32,000 bases of DNA, taken from positions 690,001 to 722,000 of the forward strand of contig NC_008698.1 of assembly GCF_000015225.1 (NCBI RefSeq), given 5' to 3'. The notes below the pieces were generated by a model. It was not told the origin of the DNA and made no database searches. It saw nothing but the letters and a program-made list of their open reading frames with translations. Below, one piece after another: positions 1-8,915 of this stretch; within the stretch, counting starts at the first letter, position 1, and each line of letters opens with the position of its first letter. A program made the position numbers and the translations under genes. Origin of the DNA: Thermofilum pendens Hrk 5. Its GTDB lineage: Archaea; Thermoproteota; Thermoprotei; Thermofilales; Thermofilaceae.

Positions 1-3000
1 TGTATACTTGCCTATGCTATAGGCACGACGGACTCCACCGGGAAGATAACACTCACAATCGCGCAGCCCGGCGGAGTGATAAACCAGCCGACTAGTGGTA
101 CATACAACATGTCCGTCTTCTGGCAGGCCTACGGTAGAACATTCCTGCTTTACACCACAGGAAGTGGTCAAAGTGGAAACACAGTCCTGGGGCTTTTGAA
201 TAGCACAATTACACTGAACTACATTTGGAACTTCACATTCCAAGCTGTAACCATGATTAACGGGCAAACGGTGCCTCTCTACTTCCAGGATCCTGAGGAT
301 GCTACGAGGGCGGACGTAGCATACTTCGAGGTATACCTCTACGGTAAGACGGGCGCGCCCATATTCACCTCTGTCGGCGACAGTCAAGGAAAGTCTCAGG
401 GCTGGGTTCTAGTTCCTATCTACGAGGTTAACATCAAGCCGACGCTTTCTCCTCAGTGCTACCACATTGAGAAGCAGTGGAACGTCGCGCTGTACAAGGA
501 GGTGTACTGGCTACTCGACCAGGGACAAGGACAGAAGTTAAAGGTGCTCGTTGGGAAGGAGAACGTCACCCTCAGCTACGACTCTGCTACTGACACCTTA
601 ACCGCGACTGTAAAGGACCTGGCAACAGGCACCACGTCCACCCAGACGTTCACGGATGCCGGCCATATAGGCACGCTTGTTGATAACGCGCACACGTTCC
701 TTCTCCAGGTCGCTGTCAAGGATATATGCGGTAATTCGCTGAACAACTGGCAGAACCCACCGATAAGCATAGAGCTGACCTCGCCGAGCCTAGGCAAGCT
801 CAGGGCAGGCAAAGCCAACCCGAGCGGAGTAGCGCCAGAGGAAGGCTATTCGTTTGGCGGTAGCGTCTACTTCTGGTTGCCGGACCTCACGCTGATCTAC
901 AAGGAGAAGATGGGCATCGCCGCCGAAATAGGCGGAATCCAGGTATTCTCCGAAGCATTTAACACGACAACGACGGGTAGCATTACCTACACTAAACCCG
1001 TATCCTTCACCCCGTTCACTCTAACCGGAAGCAACGGAGTATACACTGCTACGATAAAGGTAAGCATCGTACCAACAAAGATAACGATCAAGACGAGCGG
1101 CCTCATAGCCGTTCAGCCGCTCCAGGGCGCTATCGTGCAGATAAGCCCACTTGTCGGCGACCCCAACACCTACACCGACGCTAACGGAAACGTGGCCCTA
1201 ATGCCGTTCCAGATAGTTGGAGGAGGAACTGTCGGCGACGGATCCGGGAAGCCGATAATCGTACGCTCGGGAGCGACGAACCCAGGCTACCTGCCCGTAC
1301 CCTACGGGCTGTGGAGCACCGGTAAAGTCTTCACGTACACTGTCCGCGTGCTCTGGGCGCTACCCGGCACCGAGTACTACGTCGACGTAACGCCGGACGC
1401 TAACACAATAGAGCTCAACCTGACGAAGGCCATTGAAACCGGATGCACGGTGCAGAGCTTCGTGCTGTTCGCTAAGGTGTACGTGGTCAACATGAAGGCC
1501 GTTGACCTCTGCAACAGGCCGATAACGAGTGCAGACGACCCCAACGCGACGCTTATACTCACGTACACAACGCCGGACGGGCAGACAGTCCAGTTCCCCG
1601 CAGGGCTCGGTAGCAACGGTACAACGTTCGCTGCTTTCGTACCTGGAGGAAGCTTCGCCGTCAAGCTGTTCTTCAAGGGAGTCCTCCTGGACCCCGTCTC
1701 CGGTCCTAACCCGCTCGTAGTAAGCGGGAACATCGGTAACATCAGTAAGGCTACCTACACGTTCCCGATAGGCGACTTAACGCTGAGGATCACGCCGTGG
1801 GACGTCAAAGAGCCGCTAGTCAACGTATCCGTGCTCCTAGAGTACTTCAAGGCAGGCGCTAGGACCTATTATGAGAGCCATGTAACAGGCTGCGACGGCA
1901 CGGTCACGTTCACCAAGGTGCCCTTCAAGGTCGCCGCGAACAGCAAGATAACCGTGACTATAACCACTAGGCCCGATACCCCGTACATACGCCACCCCAA
2001 GGACGACGGCCTCGTCATCGGTAAGTGGGACCTGACGAGCCTCCTCAACACTACAACGCCCGCGTGCAACGTAGGACCTATCGACGTGCCGACCTGGGTG
2101 TTCAGCTTCACTCTTGAGGCCGTAGACCACAACGGCAACGTGCTGAAAGAGCTCCCGACCAGTAACGGCACAGCCCCCGTTATAGTCGCCATAAACGACA
2201 CCTACACGAAGAACGAGTACAACGTCACCCAGGTATGCCAGGCAGGGCCCGGCTGTCTCTGCTGGCCGCTCATAAACGTCAACTACCAGATATTCAACTC
2301 GACCAACTACCTCGGCACGCCGTGGGGCAACGGCATCTCCGAGGCAAGGTTCAAGATAACCGGTAGCCAGTGGATGAACAGCAACTACCCGCACCTCTTC
2401 ATAGCCGGCGCGTACTACAACTTCATAGTCTGGTACGGCGGAGTAATGGTCTACAACTACAACTTCACGCTACCGGCGCCCAGCGAGCCGCTCGACTACA
2501 GCAAGGTCGTAACGACGGTGGTACTCTTCAACGAGACGACGGGCGCGACGAGGACCGTTGAGACGGACAAGCTCGACTACACCTGGGTACTCGCGAATGG
2601 CGGCGCCGTCGAGCACCCGATAGCCAGGCTCTACGGAGCACCCGCGTGGAGCGGTAGGTACAGCGTCAAGCTCCAGCTGGTAACCTGGGTAGTCAACCTC
2701 GACGTCTACGCGCTCAGCAAGATAGGCGCGGGCCTCATACCTGGCCTCAACGTAACCCTCGCTAGGAACGACACCGTCAACTGGAAGAAGCTCGTAGGGA
2801 ACTATACCGCTATAACGAAGCCCACGATAACTCTGGGCGCTGTAGCGTGGAGCGCCGTCACCGGTAGCGACGGCAAGGCATCGCTACCCGTCGCGATCTG
2901 GCAGCCCAAGCTCAAGCTCGCTAATGTGAAGTTCGGAGCCAGCATAACCAACGTCACGGTGCTGGCCGGCAAGAAGTATGGGACGCCCAACGTTCCAGAC

Positions 3001-4959
3001 ACGCCGACCGCGGGCTCGCTCACTGTAGGCAATGTCAACTTAGGCACCCTCTACGGCTACATAGTAGGACCCTACAACGTTACCACGAACGCTATATTCA
3101 ACGACGTGAGCCAGAGCCCCGACTGGTACAAGTTCTACGGCGGGACCTGGAACAAGTTCCGCGGACCGCAGGCGTGGATCGGCGCCAACTGGAACATGAC
3201 GCTGTGGAGCGGCGCGGCTAAGGTCGTCTACACCGCCGCCATGGAGGGCTTCTGTGTCAGCGTGACAGGCCCAGACTTCAGGGACAACCTCGTGCCGCTC
3301 GCCAACCAGCCCGTAACGGTGACCGTCCTCGGTGCCTCGGGTGCCTCCGCGGCTTTCGCCTCCGCGGCTACCGGTAGCGACGGAACGGTGACTATTAGCC
3401 CCGACAAGGGCGCCGCCGTAGCGACGCCCGTTGGTAGCCTGCCGGTGTTCACAGGCAAGGTAGCCTTCCTCGGCGTTACAGGCCTCAAGTACACTCTGTC
3501 CACGAAGCTCAACCTCGACGACGCGCTCGGCCTCAAGAACTACGGTATAACCACGGGCCAGGCGTTCGACCCAGACACGTTGTCGACGACTGTTAGCTTC
3601 AACGTTACCAACAACATGCCCGGCGGTACGTGCGTGGCGCTGAAGTGGGACGCCATAAAGGTGACGGTCTTCGACTGGAGCGGTAAGCCTCTGAAGAACA
3701 TGATGGTAGCCGCCATACTCAGGGAGCCCAGGGCCAAGGCTATTCCGAGCACTGCCGGCTTCACCGCGGAGAACGGTAGCGTGATACTCTACGTGCCGCC
3801 AGGCACGCAGAAGTACCAGCTCATCGTCTACTGGCGCGACAGCTACCTGCTGAGGGTTGCCGGCAAGATTCCGAGGGAGATAGCGATATTCGACACCGTC
3901 ACCGACTACGATACTCCGAGAACCTACGCGCCCGGTAGCGGCACGACGCTCGAAACCTTCGTCTACGTCGGCATAATAATGCTCAGGAACGCGCAGGGCC
4001 AGGCCCTGTCGCCCGACATACTCAGCAAGATAACGGTCGAGATACAGTGGCCAGACCTCGTAGTGACCACTCACAAGCCCGAGAACGACGGTAGAGTACC
4101 CATAATACTCAACAAGGACACCGCTAAGAGCTGGCCGCTCGACGCCAGCGCCGCGAGGAGCCCAGACACGCCTGCCTCCACGATCAGCCAGGCGCCTCTC
4201 GGAGCCTACAAGGTAACCGTTAACCTCGCCGGCGTAGGGACACTCGCCGTGCAGACCATCAAGATCGAGAAAGGCAGGTTCGAGACCAGCACGCAGATAT
4301 TCGAGGTTAGGCTCGACATCTTCGACGTCAAGCTGACGTTCACCTCGCCGTTCGGCACGCCGCTCGCCGGAGCAACTGTCACCATAACCAAGCCCGACGG
4401 TACAAGCATCACCGACAGCCTCGACAGCTCTGGTAGCATAACCGTCAAGGAGGTGCCTCCGGGCAACCTCCAGTACACAGTGAAGGACTGGAAGGGCATA
4501 GCGATAGGCTACTCCGGTAGCGTTGCGCGCGCCCCAGCCGTGGGCATTACCGTGCCGAAGATCGGCAAGCTGACGGTCAAGGTGCTCGGAGCCAGGGGCC
4601 AGGGCATCGAAGGTGCCACCGTCGCCATCGAGAATGTCGGCACCTTCACGACCGACGCTAGCGGCATAGTAAGCCTCGAGCTACCCAGCGGCACCTACGC
4701 GGTAACGGCGAGCAAGGGCGGGAGGACTGCGAGCGCCACCGCCACCGTGAGTGACGGCAAGGAGACCGTCACCGAGCTGAAGCTCGACATCTTCCTCACC
4801 ATCGCCGGCTGGGAGATGAGCAGCAGCGAGTTCCTCGGACTCATACTGCTCGTAGTGCTCCTCGTCCTAGTGCTCTTCATAATCGCCCACGAGTACGCTG
4901 TCTACAGGCGCCGCCGCCTCGCCAAGGTAATCGCTCCGGCAGAAACGCAGGCAAAGTAA
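1..4959 (+). CDS. Giant N-glycosylated cell-surface (S-layer-like) protein with C-terminal membrane anchor; 5' end lies outside the window
   Basis: Frame 1 is open from base 1 (tgt ata ctt gcc ..., no stop before the GTG at 76), so the 1627-aa ORF-track product is cut by the window edge. There are dozens of N-x-S/T sequons. Transthyretin/CarboxypepD_reg-like modules recur, e.g. GATVTITKPDGTSITDSLDSSGSITVKEVPPGNLQYTV and GATVAIENVGTFTTDASGIVSLELPSGTYAVTA. A single C-terminal TM helix FLGLILLVVLLVLVLFIIA is followed by the basic tail YRRRRLAK. Stop TAA at 4957-4959. Confidence 0.85.
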   Translation, partial: CILAYAIGTTDSTGKITLTIAQPGGVINQPTSGTYNMSVFWQAYGRTFLLYTTGSGQSGNTVLGLLNSTITLNYIWNFTFQAVTMINGQTVPLYFQDPEDATRADVAYFEVYLYGKTGAPIFTSVGDSQGKSQGWVLVPIYEVNIKPTLSPQCYHIEKQWNVALYKEVYWLLDQGQGQKLKVLVGKENVTLSYDSATDTLTATVKDLATGTTSTQTFTDAGHIGTLVDNAHTFLLQVAVKDICGNSLNNWQNPPISIELTSPSLGKLRAGKANPSGVAPEEGYSFGGSVYFWLPDLTLIYKEKMGIAAEIGGIQVFSEAFNTTTTGSITYTKPVSFTPFTLTGSNGVYTATIKVSIVPTKITIKTSGLIAVQPLQGAIVQISPLVGDPNTYTDANGNVALMPFQIVGGGTVGDGSGKPIIVRSGATNPGYLPVPYGLWSTGKVFTYTVRVLWALPGTEYYVDVTPDANTIELNLTKAIETGCTVQSFVLFAKVYVVNMKAVDLCNRPITSADDPNATLILTYTTPDGQTVQFPAGLGSNGTTFAAFVPGGSFAVKLFFKGVLLDPVSGPNPLVVSGNIGNISKATYTFPIGDLTLRITPWDVKEPLVNVSVLLEYFKAGARTYYESHVTGCDGTVTFTKVPFKVAANSKITVTITTRPDTPYIRHPKDDGLVIGKWDLTSLLNTTTPACNVGPIDVPTWVFSFTLEAVDHNGNVLKELPTSNGTAPVIVAINDTYTKNEYNVTQVCQAGPGCLCWPLINVNYQIFNSTNYLGTPWGNGISEARFKITGSQWMNSNYPHLFIAGAYYNFIVWYGGVMVYNYNFTLPAPSEPLDYSKVVTTVVLFNETTGATRTVETDKLDYTWVLANGGAVEHPIARLYGAPAWSGRYSVKLQLVTWVVNLDVYALSKIGAGLIPGLNVTLARNDTVNWKKLVGNYTAITKPTITLGAVAWSAVTGSDGKASLPVAIWQPKLKLANVKFGASITNVTVLAGKKYGTPNVPDTPTAGSLTVGNVNLGTLYGYIVGPYNVTTNAIFNDVSQSPDWYKFYGGTWNKFRGPQAWIGANWNMTLWSGAAKVVYTAAMEGFCVSVTGPDFRDNLVPLANQPVTVTVLGASGASAAFASAATGSDGTVTISPDKGAAVATPVGSLPVFTGKVAFLGVTGLKYTLSTKLNLDDALGLKNYGITTGQAFDPDTLSTTVSFNVTNNMPGGTCVALKWDAIKVTVFDWSGKPLKNMMVAAILREPRAKAIPSTAGFTAENGSVILYVPPGTQKYQLIVYWRDSYLLRVAGKIPREIAIFDTVTDYDTPRTYAPGSGTTLETFVYVGIIMLRNAQGQALSPDILSKITVEIQWPDLVVTTHKPENDGRVPIILNKDTAKSWPLDASAARSPDTPASTISQAPLGAYKVTVNLAGVGTLAVQTIKIEKGRFETSTQIFEVRLDIFDVKLTFTSPFGTPLAGATVTITKPDGTSITDSLDSSGSITVKEVPPGNLQYTVKDWKGIAIGYSGSVARAPAVGITVPKIGKLTVKVLGARGQGIEGATVAIENVGTFTTDASGIVSLELPSGTYAVTASKGGRTASATATVSDGKETVTELKLDIFLTIAGWEMSSSEFLGLILLVVLLVLVLFIIAHEYAVYRRRRLAKVIAPAETQAK

Positions 4960-4985
4960 ACCTTTCCGAGACAAACTAAAAATTA

Positions 4986-5025
4986 TTTTTTTTTTTCTTT
5001 TTTGTTTTGTTTCTGTTTTACTTTT
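4986..5025 (+). terminator. Oligo-T archaeal terminator after the giant surface-protein gene
   Basis: An 11-T run (4986-4996) is followed by T6, T4, T3, T4 and T4 tracts, starting 27 nt after the stop codon. Confidence 0.7.
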
Positions 5026-5049
5026 CCTGAGCTTCCGCGAAGGGAAAAG

Positions 5050-5057
5050 CTATAAGG
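5050..5057 (+). promoter_or_regulatory. TATA box for the RadA-paralog unit
   Basis: ctataagg lies about 25 nt upstream of the GTG at 5079, which implies a leaderless or near-leaderless mRNA. Confidence 0.45.
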
Positions 5058-5078
5058 CTCTCCCCCGGCTTCTAGCCC

Positions 5079-5831
5079 GTGGAGGAGGTGCTTGCCTACC
5101 TGCTCGGAGTGGGGGTTCCGCGCGTCTCCAGGCCTGCGCGGCGGGTCTACGAGGAGTCGGCTAGAATCAGTACTGGTGTTCGTAGTCTTGATGATTTGCT
5201 TGAGGGTGGTATTGAGGTTGGTAGTATTACTGAGTTTATCGGGGAGTTTGGTGCTGGTAAGACTCAGATATGCCACCAGCTAAGCGTGATGGTTCAGCTG
5301 CCGAAGGATAAGGGAGGGCTCAACGCCAGGGCATTGTACGTGGACACAGAGGGGACGTTCAGGCCCGAGAGAATAGTACAGATAGCCAGGGCCAGAGGCC
5401 TAGACCCAGAAAAAACACTAGAAAACATAATATACGCGAGAGCGTACAGCCTAGGGGGCCTCGAGGAGCTTCTATCGAAGGCTCTCGCCGAGGTTGTGAA
5501 GGGCGACGTGGGGCTCGTGGTGCTGGACGAGGCTACGCGCTTGGTGAGGGCTTCGGGGCTCGGCGCGGGGGAGAGGGCCCGCGCGTACGCGGCTATTGTC
5601 TCCTCGCTCGAAGCCGTGGCGGAGGCTGGGTCGGCGGTCGTAGTTGCGAGGCAGGTGGTGTTCGGGGACGGCGTTAGGCCAGCGGGGGGCGCGGCGCTCG
5701 ACGGCTACGCCCACCTCAGCGTCTTCCTCTCGAAGAGGGGGTCGGCCCGTGAGGCGCGCGTGCTGAGTAGCCCTTGGAGGGGCGGCGTCGCCCTCTTCGC
5801 GGTTTCGGAGGAGGGGGTCGTGGATGTCTAG
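5079..5831 (+). CDS. RadA paralog (RecA-fold ATPase core only, no N-terminal HhH domain)
   Basis: ARISTGVRSLDDLLEGGIEVGSITEFIGEFGAGKTQICHQLSVMVQLPKDKGGLNARALYVDTEGTFRPERIVQIARARGLDPEKTLENIIYARAY aligns closely with archaeal RadA as I recall it. Walker A GEFGAGKT is at 5241-5264 and Walker B is LVVLDE. The C-terminal half is much more divergent. At 250 aa it lacks the roughly 60-aa HhH domain of true RadA. Confidence 0.8.
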   Translation: MEEVLAYLLGVGVPRVSRPARRVYEESARISTGVRSLDDLLEGGIEVGSITEFIGEFGAGKTQICHQLSVMVQLPKDKGGLNARALYVDTEGTFRPERIVQIARARGLDPEKTLENIIYARAYSLGGLEELLSKALAEVVKGDVGLVVLDEATRLVRASGLGAGERARAYAAIVSSLEAVAEAGSAVVVARQVVFGDGVRPAGGAALDGYAHLSVFLSKRGSAREARVLSSPWRGGVALFAVSEEGVVDV

Positions 5832-6345
5832 CCTTCTCCGCCTGTTGCCGAGGGGCTTCTCGCTCGAGGTGTCGGGGCCCCCGGGGTCAGGTAGGAGGCT
5901 CTTCGTCGCCAAGCTCGTTGAGTACGTCGTGGAGAGGGGAGGAAGCGTTCTCTACGTGGACCTCGCCGGGACCCAGTACAGGCTCTGCAGGTCGGGTAGC
6001 GGGCTCTGCTCCTCGGAGCGCGTCACGTTCACTAGGCCAGGCGACCCCGCGGAGGCCGCCCTCCTCTCCTTCGTGGACGACGACCTCGTAGTCCTGGACA
6101 GCGTGCCCAGGCTCTTCTTCGGCTTCCAGGCCGGCTACCGCGAGAGGTGGGGCTACGTTTCCTCTGCGCTGCTGGGAGGGCTCCGGAGGGCCTCCAGGGG
6201 GCTCGGCTTCGTCGTGGTGAACTACCGGTCAGGCGAGAAGAGCTTCGGAGAGAGGGTCTTCGCGAGCTACTTCACGCACCGCGTAGCGCTGGAGGCAGGG
6301 GGGAAGGCCAGGCTCGTATACCCGTACGAGACCCCGATAGCCTGA
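5824..6345 (+). CDS. Second, degenerate RecA/RadA-like protein with a non-canonical P-loop
   Basis: ATG 5824 overlaps the upstream stop (TAG 5829-5831) by 8 nt, suggesting translational coupling. The P-loop reads GPPGSGRR (5875-5898), so the invariant Lys-Thr/Ser is replaced by Arg-Arg. LVVLDS is Walker-B-like, followed by a hydrophobic strand GFVVVNY. Codon usage matches its neighbours. Confidence 0.6.
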   Translation: MSSLLRLLPRGFSLEVSGPPGSGRRLFVAKLVEYVVERGGSVLYVDLAGTQYRLCRSGSGLCSSERVTFTRPGDPAEAALLSFVDDDLVVLDSVPRLFFGFQAGYRERWGYVSSALLGGLRRASRGLGFVVVNYRSGEKSFGERVFASYFTHRVALEAGGKARLVYPYETPIA

Positions 6346-6376
6346 GGAACGCCGCGCGGCGCCCAGGTGCGCTACC

Positions 6377-6384
6377 CTTATATC
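6377..6384 (+). promoter_or_regulatory. TATA box for the NFACT gene
   Basis: cttatatc lies 25-30 nt upstream of ATG 6409. Confidence 0.45.
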
Positions 6385-6408
6385 TCTCGCGCGCGGAGTT
6401 TTCCAGCA

Positions 6409-8241
6409 ATGTCTCGTGGCGCGGGTAGTTCGAGGAAGGTCAGCGTCCTAGACCTGGCTAAGATGTGGAGGCTCCTGGCGGGCTTCGAGGGCGAGAGGGT
6501 TTCGCGGGTCGCGCAGAGCGGCGACGTCTTCCTTTTAAGGTTTAGGCGCGGCGCCCTGGTCTTCTCCGCGGCTAGGGGGGTCGCCCCGTGCGTGGAGGAG
6601 TGCACCCTCCCGGGTAGCTGGGAGAAGCCGAGGTGGGCGGGGGAGGTCGAGGGTAGGCGCGTGGAGGCAGTTGAGCAGGTGTCGGGCGACAGGGTCGTAG
6701 CCTTCGAGCTCGGCCCGCGGAGGCTGGTCTTGGAGTGGGTGCGCGAGGGCAACCTCTTGTTGCTGGACGGCGGGGGAAGGATCCTCCGTGCTCTGAGGCA
6801 GAGGGAGATGAGGGACAGGGCGCTGAAGCCGGGGCACCAGTACGTCCCCCCGCCGAGGGTAGGCGACGCCTTCTCGGACGACCCGGGCTACCTCTACGCC
6901 AAGCTGGGGGAGTATTCGGGGCGCGCGGCCGTTACTGCAGTCTCTCTCGTCGCATCGCTCCCGGCGGAGCTCGTGTACGAGGCTATGTACCGCCTAGGGC
7001 TCGACCCGTCCGCGAAGGCCCGGGCCCTCGGCGAGGACGCGTTCAGGCGGGTCCTCTCGAAGAGCGTGGAGATATTCGAGGAGGCCCTCGCGGACCCGGA
7101 CAGGGGCTTCAGGGTCTCCGGGGAGGTCTACGCGTTCAATCCGGAGCACCTGGGCGCGGGCGCCGAGGAGGTGTCCTTCGCCAGGGAGTTCCCGGCGTAC
7201 GTGCTCGGCCTAATCAAGCGGGACCTCCAGCCCGAGGAGGGAGCCGGGGCGCAGGAGGCCATCAGGAGGGCTGTCGAGGAGCTTTCCAGGAAGGCGGAGC
7301 TCCTGTCGAGGCACTCGGCAACCGTGGACGAGGTTCTGGCGGCGTACAGGGGGCTCGTCGCGTCGAGGCTCCAGTGGAGCCTGGTGGAGGCGCGCCTCAA
7401 GGAGGCCTACCCGATCGTCAAGTCCGTGGACCCGGCGCGGTCCAGGCTCGTCTTGGAGCTGGAGGGCGTGGAGGTAGAGGTCGACGCGTCCAGGAGCGCC
7501 CTCTCGAACGCCGCGAGCTACTTCGAGAAGGCGAAGTCGGCGAAGAGGAAGCTCGCAGAGGCCTCCGCGGCGGTTGAGCGGAGCGCCGAGCCGGCGCCGG
7601 CGAGGCCCGCCAAGCCGGCGGCGTGGTACGCGCAGTTCCGCTTCTTCTTCACCTCCAACGGCTTCCTCGTAGTCGCGGGGAGGTCTGCTGGGCAGAACGA
7701 GTTGCTCGTGCGCAGGTACATGGAGCCCGGGGACATATTCCTCCACGCCGACATCCACGGGGCGGCGGCCGTCGTGCTCAAGACCGGCGGAAAGCAGCCC
7801 GGGGAGGCAGACATAGCCGAGGCGGCCCAGTTCGCCGCGTGCTTCTCCAGTGCGTGGAAGGGCGGGCTCTACGCGGTCGACGTCTTCTGGGTCCCCGCGG
7901 AGCAGGTGTCGAAGAAGCCGCCGAGCGGCGAGTACCTGGCGAAGGGTAGCTTCATGGTCTACGGGAAGAAGAACTACGTGAGGGGGGTGAAGCTGGAGCT
8001 CCTCGTGGGGCTGTGCCCGGGCGGCGAGCTCTGCGTCCTCCCGGCGCTGGCGAACCCCCGCGGGGGGTGCTTCCTGAAGGTAACCCCGGGCGTGTACAGG
8101 AAGGACCTGGCGGCCAGGAAGATAGCGGAGTTCGTCAGGAGGGAGTGCGGCGCGAAGGTCGGCGAAGACGAGGTCGCCAGGCTCCTCCCGGACGGGGGGT
8201 TCCACCTGGAGAGGTGGCGTCCGTGGCCGGGGAGTACCTAG
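6409..8241 (+). CDS. NFACT-family protein (archaeal Rqc2/RqcH/FbpA homolog, ribosome quality control)
   Basis: The N-terminal region (VSVLDLAKMWRLLAGFEGERVSRVAQSGDVFLLRF) resembles NFACT-N. A long coiled-coil middle follows. FFFTSNGFLVVAGRSAGQNELLVRRYMEPGDIFLHADIHGAAAVVLK is the NFACT-R1/DUF814 signature. The ORF track starts at GTG 6367; I prefer ATG 6409 because of the TATA box at 6377. Confidence 0.8.
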   Translation: MSRGAGSSRKVSVLDLAKMWRLLAGFEGERVSRVAQSGDVFLLRFRRGALVFSAARGVAPCVEECTLPGSWEKPRWAGEVEGRRVEAVEQVSGDRVVAFELGPRRLVLEWVREGNLLLLDGGGRILRALRQREMRDRALKPGHQYVPPPRVGDAFSDDPGYLYAKLGEYSGRAAVTAVSLVASLPAELVYEAMYRLGLDPSAKARALGEDAFRRVLSKSVEIFEEALADPDRGFRVSGEVYAFNPEHLGAGAEEVSFAREFPAYVLGLIKRDLQPEEGAGAQEAIRRAVEELSRKAELLSRHSATVDEVLAAYRGLVASRLQWSLVEARLKEAYPIVKSVDPARSRLVLELEGVEVEVDASRSALSNAASYFEKAKSAKRKLAEASAAVERSAEPAPARPAKPAAWYAQFRFFFTSNGFLVVAGRSAGQNELLVRRYMEPGDIFLHADIHGAAAVVLKTGGKQPGEADIAEAAQFAACFSSAWKGGLYAVDVFWVPAEQVSKKPPSGEYLAKGSFMVYGKKNYVRGVKLELLVGLCPGGELCVLPALANPRGGCFLKVTPGVYRKDLAARKIAEFVRRECGAKVGEDEVARLLPDGGFHLERWRPWPGST

Positions 8242-8915
8242 AGGCGGTGGCGAGCTTCGCCTCTCTCGAGGAGCTCGTGAGGCGGGCTGCGGGCGGCGTG
8301 AGTCTCGTCGTCTCGCTAGACGGGAGGTTGCTCCCGCTAGCATCCCTGCTCGGGCGGAGCACCGGTGGGACGCCCGTAGTCCTAACGGCGGCGAGGCCCG
8401 GGGTCGAGAGGGCCCTCAGGGAGGCGGCGCGTGGGAGGTACCTGGTTGTGAGGGGCGAGATGCTCGCCGCAACTCCTAGGAGCGTGTTCGTGTACCTGGC
8501 CCGCAGGGGGCTCGTGGAGCCCTCCCTCGCGGTGGCCGAGGTAGCCGCGGCGGGGGCGCCCTCGGTGGCGCCGAACACCTCCGTCAAGAAGGCCGTCTCG
8601 CTCCTCGAGGAGAGCGGGGCCATAGCGGTGGGAGTGAGGTCTAGGGGCCGAATATCGAAGGTGCTCACCGTCGTCGACTTCGCGGGGTACGCCCTTGAGG
8701 CGGGGCTCTCGAGGAGGGATCTCCTCCTCGACCCGACGCCCGTGTCAAGGGTCGACCCCGTAGTGGTCGGCGACCCGGCGGACCTGAGGTCGGGCTTCCT
8801 GGACGGCGTCTCGCGGTACTCGATGGCTGTAGTAGAGCTTGGATGCGAGGTCCTGGTGGACGAGTCCTCTCTGAGAAAGTACCTCGCTGCCAGGGTTGTA
8901 ACCGGCCGGAAGTAG
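8214..8915 (+). CDS. Hypothetical protein (possible winged-helix segment), overlapping the NFACT 3' end
   Basis: In-frame GTG at 8214 or 8223, 19-28 nt before the NFACT stop; the ORF-track extension back to 8013 lies inside NFACT. Codon usage (AGG, CTC, GAG; GC-rich third positions) matches real genes, whereas the antisense ORF 8135-9073 is S/P/T/R-rich. NTSVKKAVSLLEESGAIAVGVRSRGR looks HTH-plus-wing-like; this is a weak inference. I recognise no family. Confidence 0.55.
   Translation: MASVAGEYLEAVASFASLEELVRRAAGGVSLVVSLDGRLLPLASLLGRSTGGTPVVLTAARPGVERALREAARGRYLVVRGEMLAATPRSVFVYLARRGLVEPSLAVAEVAAAGAPSVAPNTSVKKAVSLLEESGAIAVGVRSRGRISKVLTVVDFAGYALEAGLSRRDLLLDPTPVSRVDPVVVGDPADLRSGFLDGVSRYSMAVVELGCEVLVDESSLRKYLAARVVTGRK

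Noticed and set aside
3040-4074. 344-aa minus-strand ORF, plus the smaller ORFs 576-818, 1377-1742, 1837-2394, 3228-3536 and 4206-4880, inside the giant surface-protein gene
   Set aside because: All are antisense or out of frame to a 4.9-kb ORF with clear domain repeats. Their products are R/G/V/H-rich, have no motifs and lack start-site context. They are typical high-GC shadow ORFs.
5187-5233. C/D-box-like string inside the RadA paralog (tTGATGA ... 35 nt ... CTGA)
   Set aside because: Box C starts with a pyrimidine, and no GA-containing D' or convincing C' is present. The spacing is 46 nt rather than 49, and the sequence encodes the conserved SLDDLLEGGIEVGSITEF peptide. It is most likely coincidental.
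4983-5276. 97-aa minus-strand ORF ending in KQKQNKKEKKK
   Set aside because: The lysine run is just the reverse complement of the oligo-T terminator, and the rest overlaps the RadA-paralog start.
8013-8213. 5' extensions of ORFs 8013-8915 and 8934-9539
   Set aside because: The first extension lies wholly inside NFACT in another frame. The second crosses the five-T-tract terminator cluster and precedes the conserved Mut7-C N-terminus (MLGKLAKWLR). Internal starts at 8214 and 9072 fit better.
7210-8343. 377-aa minus-strand ORF, together with 6735-7577 (+, 280 aa), 6378-6837 (-) and 8135-9073 (-, 312 aa)
   Set aside because: These are R/P/G/S-rich low-complexity translations lying in the ~70-85% GC island opposite or out of frame to NFACT and the 8214-8915 gene, which carry real motifs and typical codon usage.
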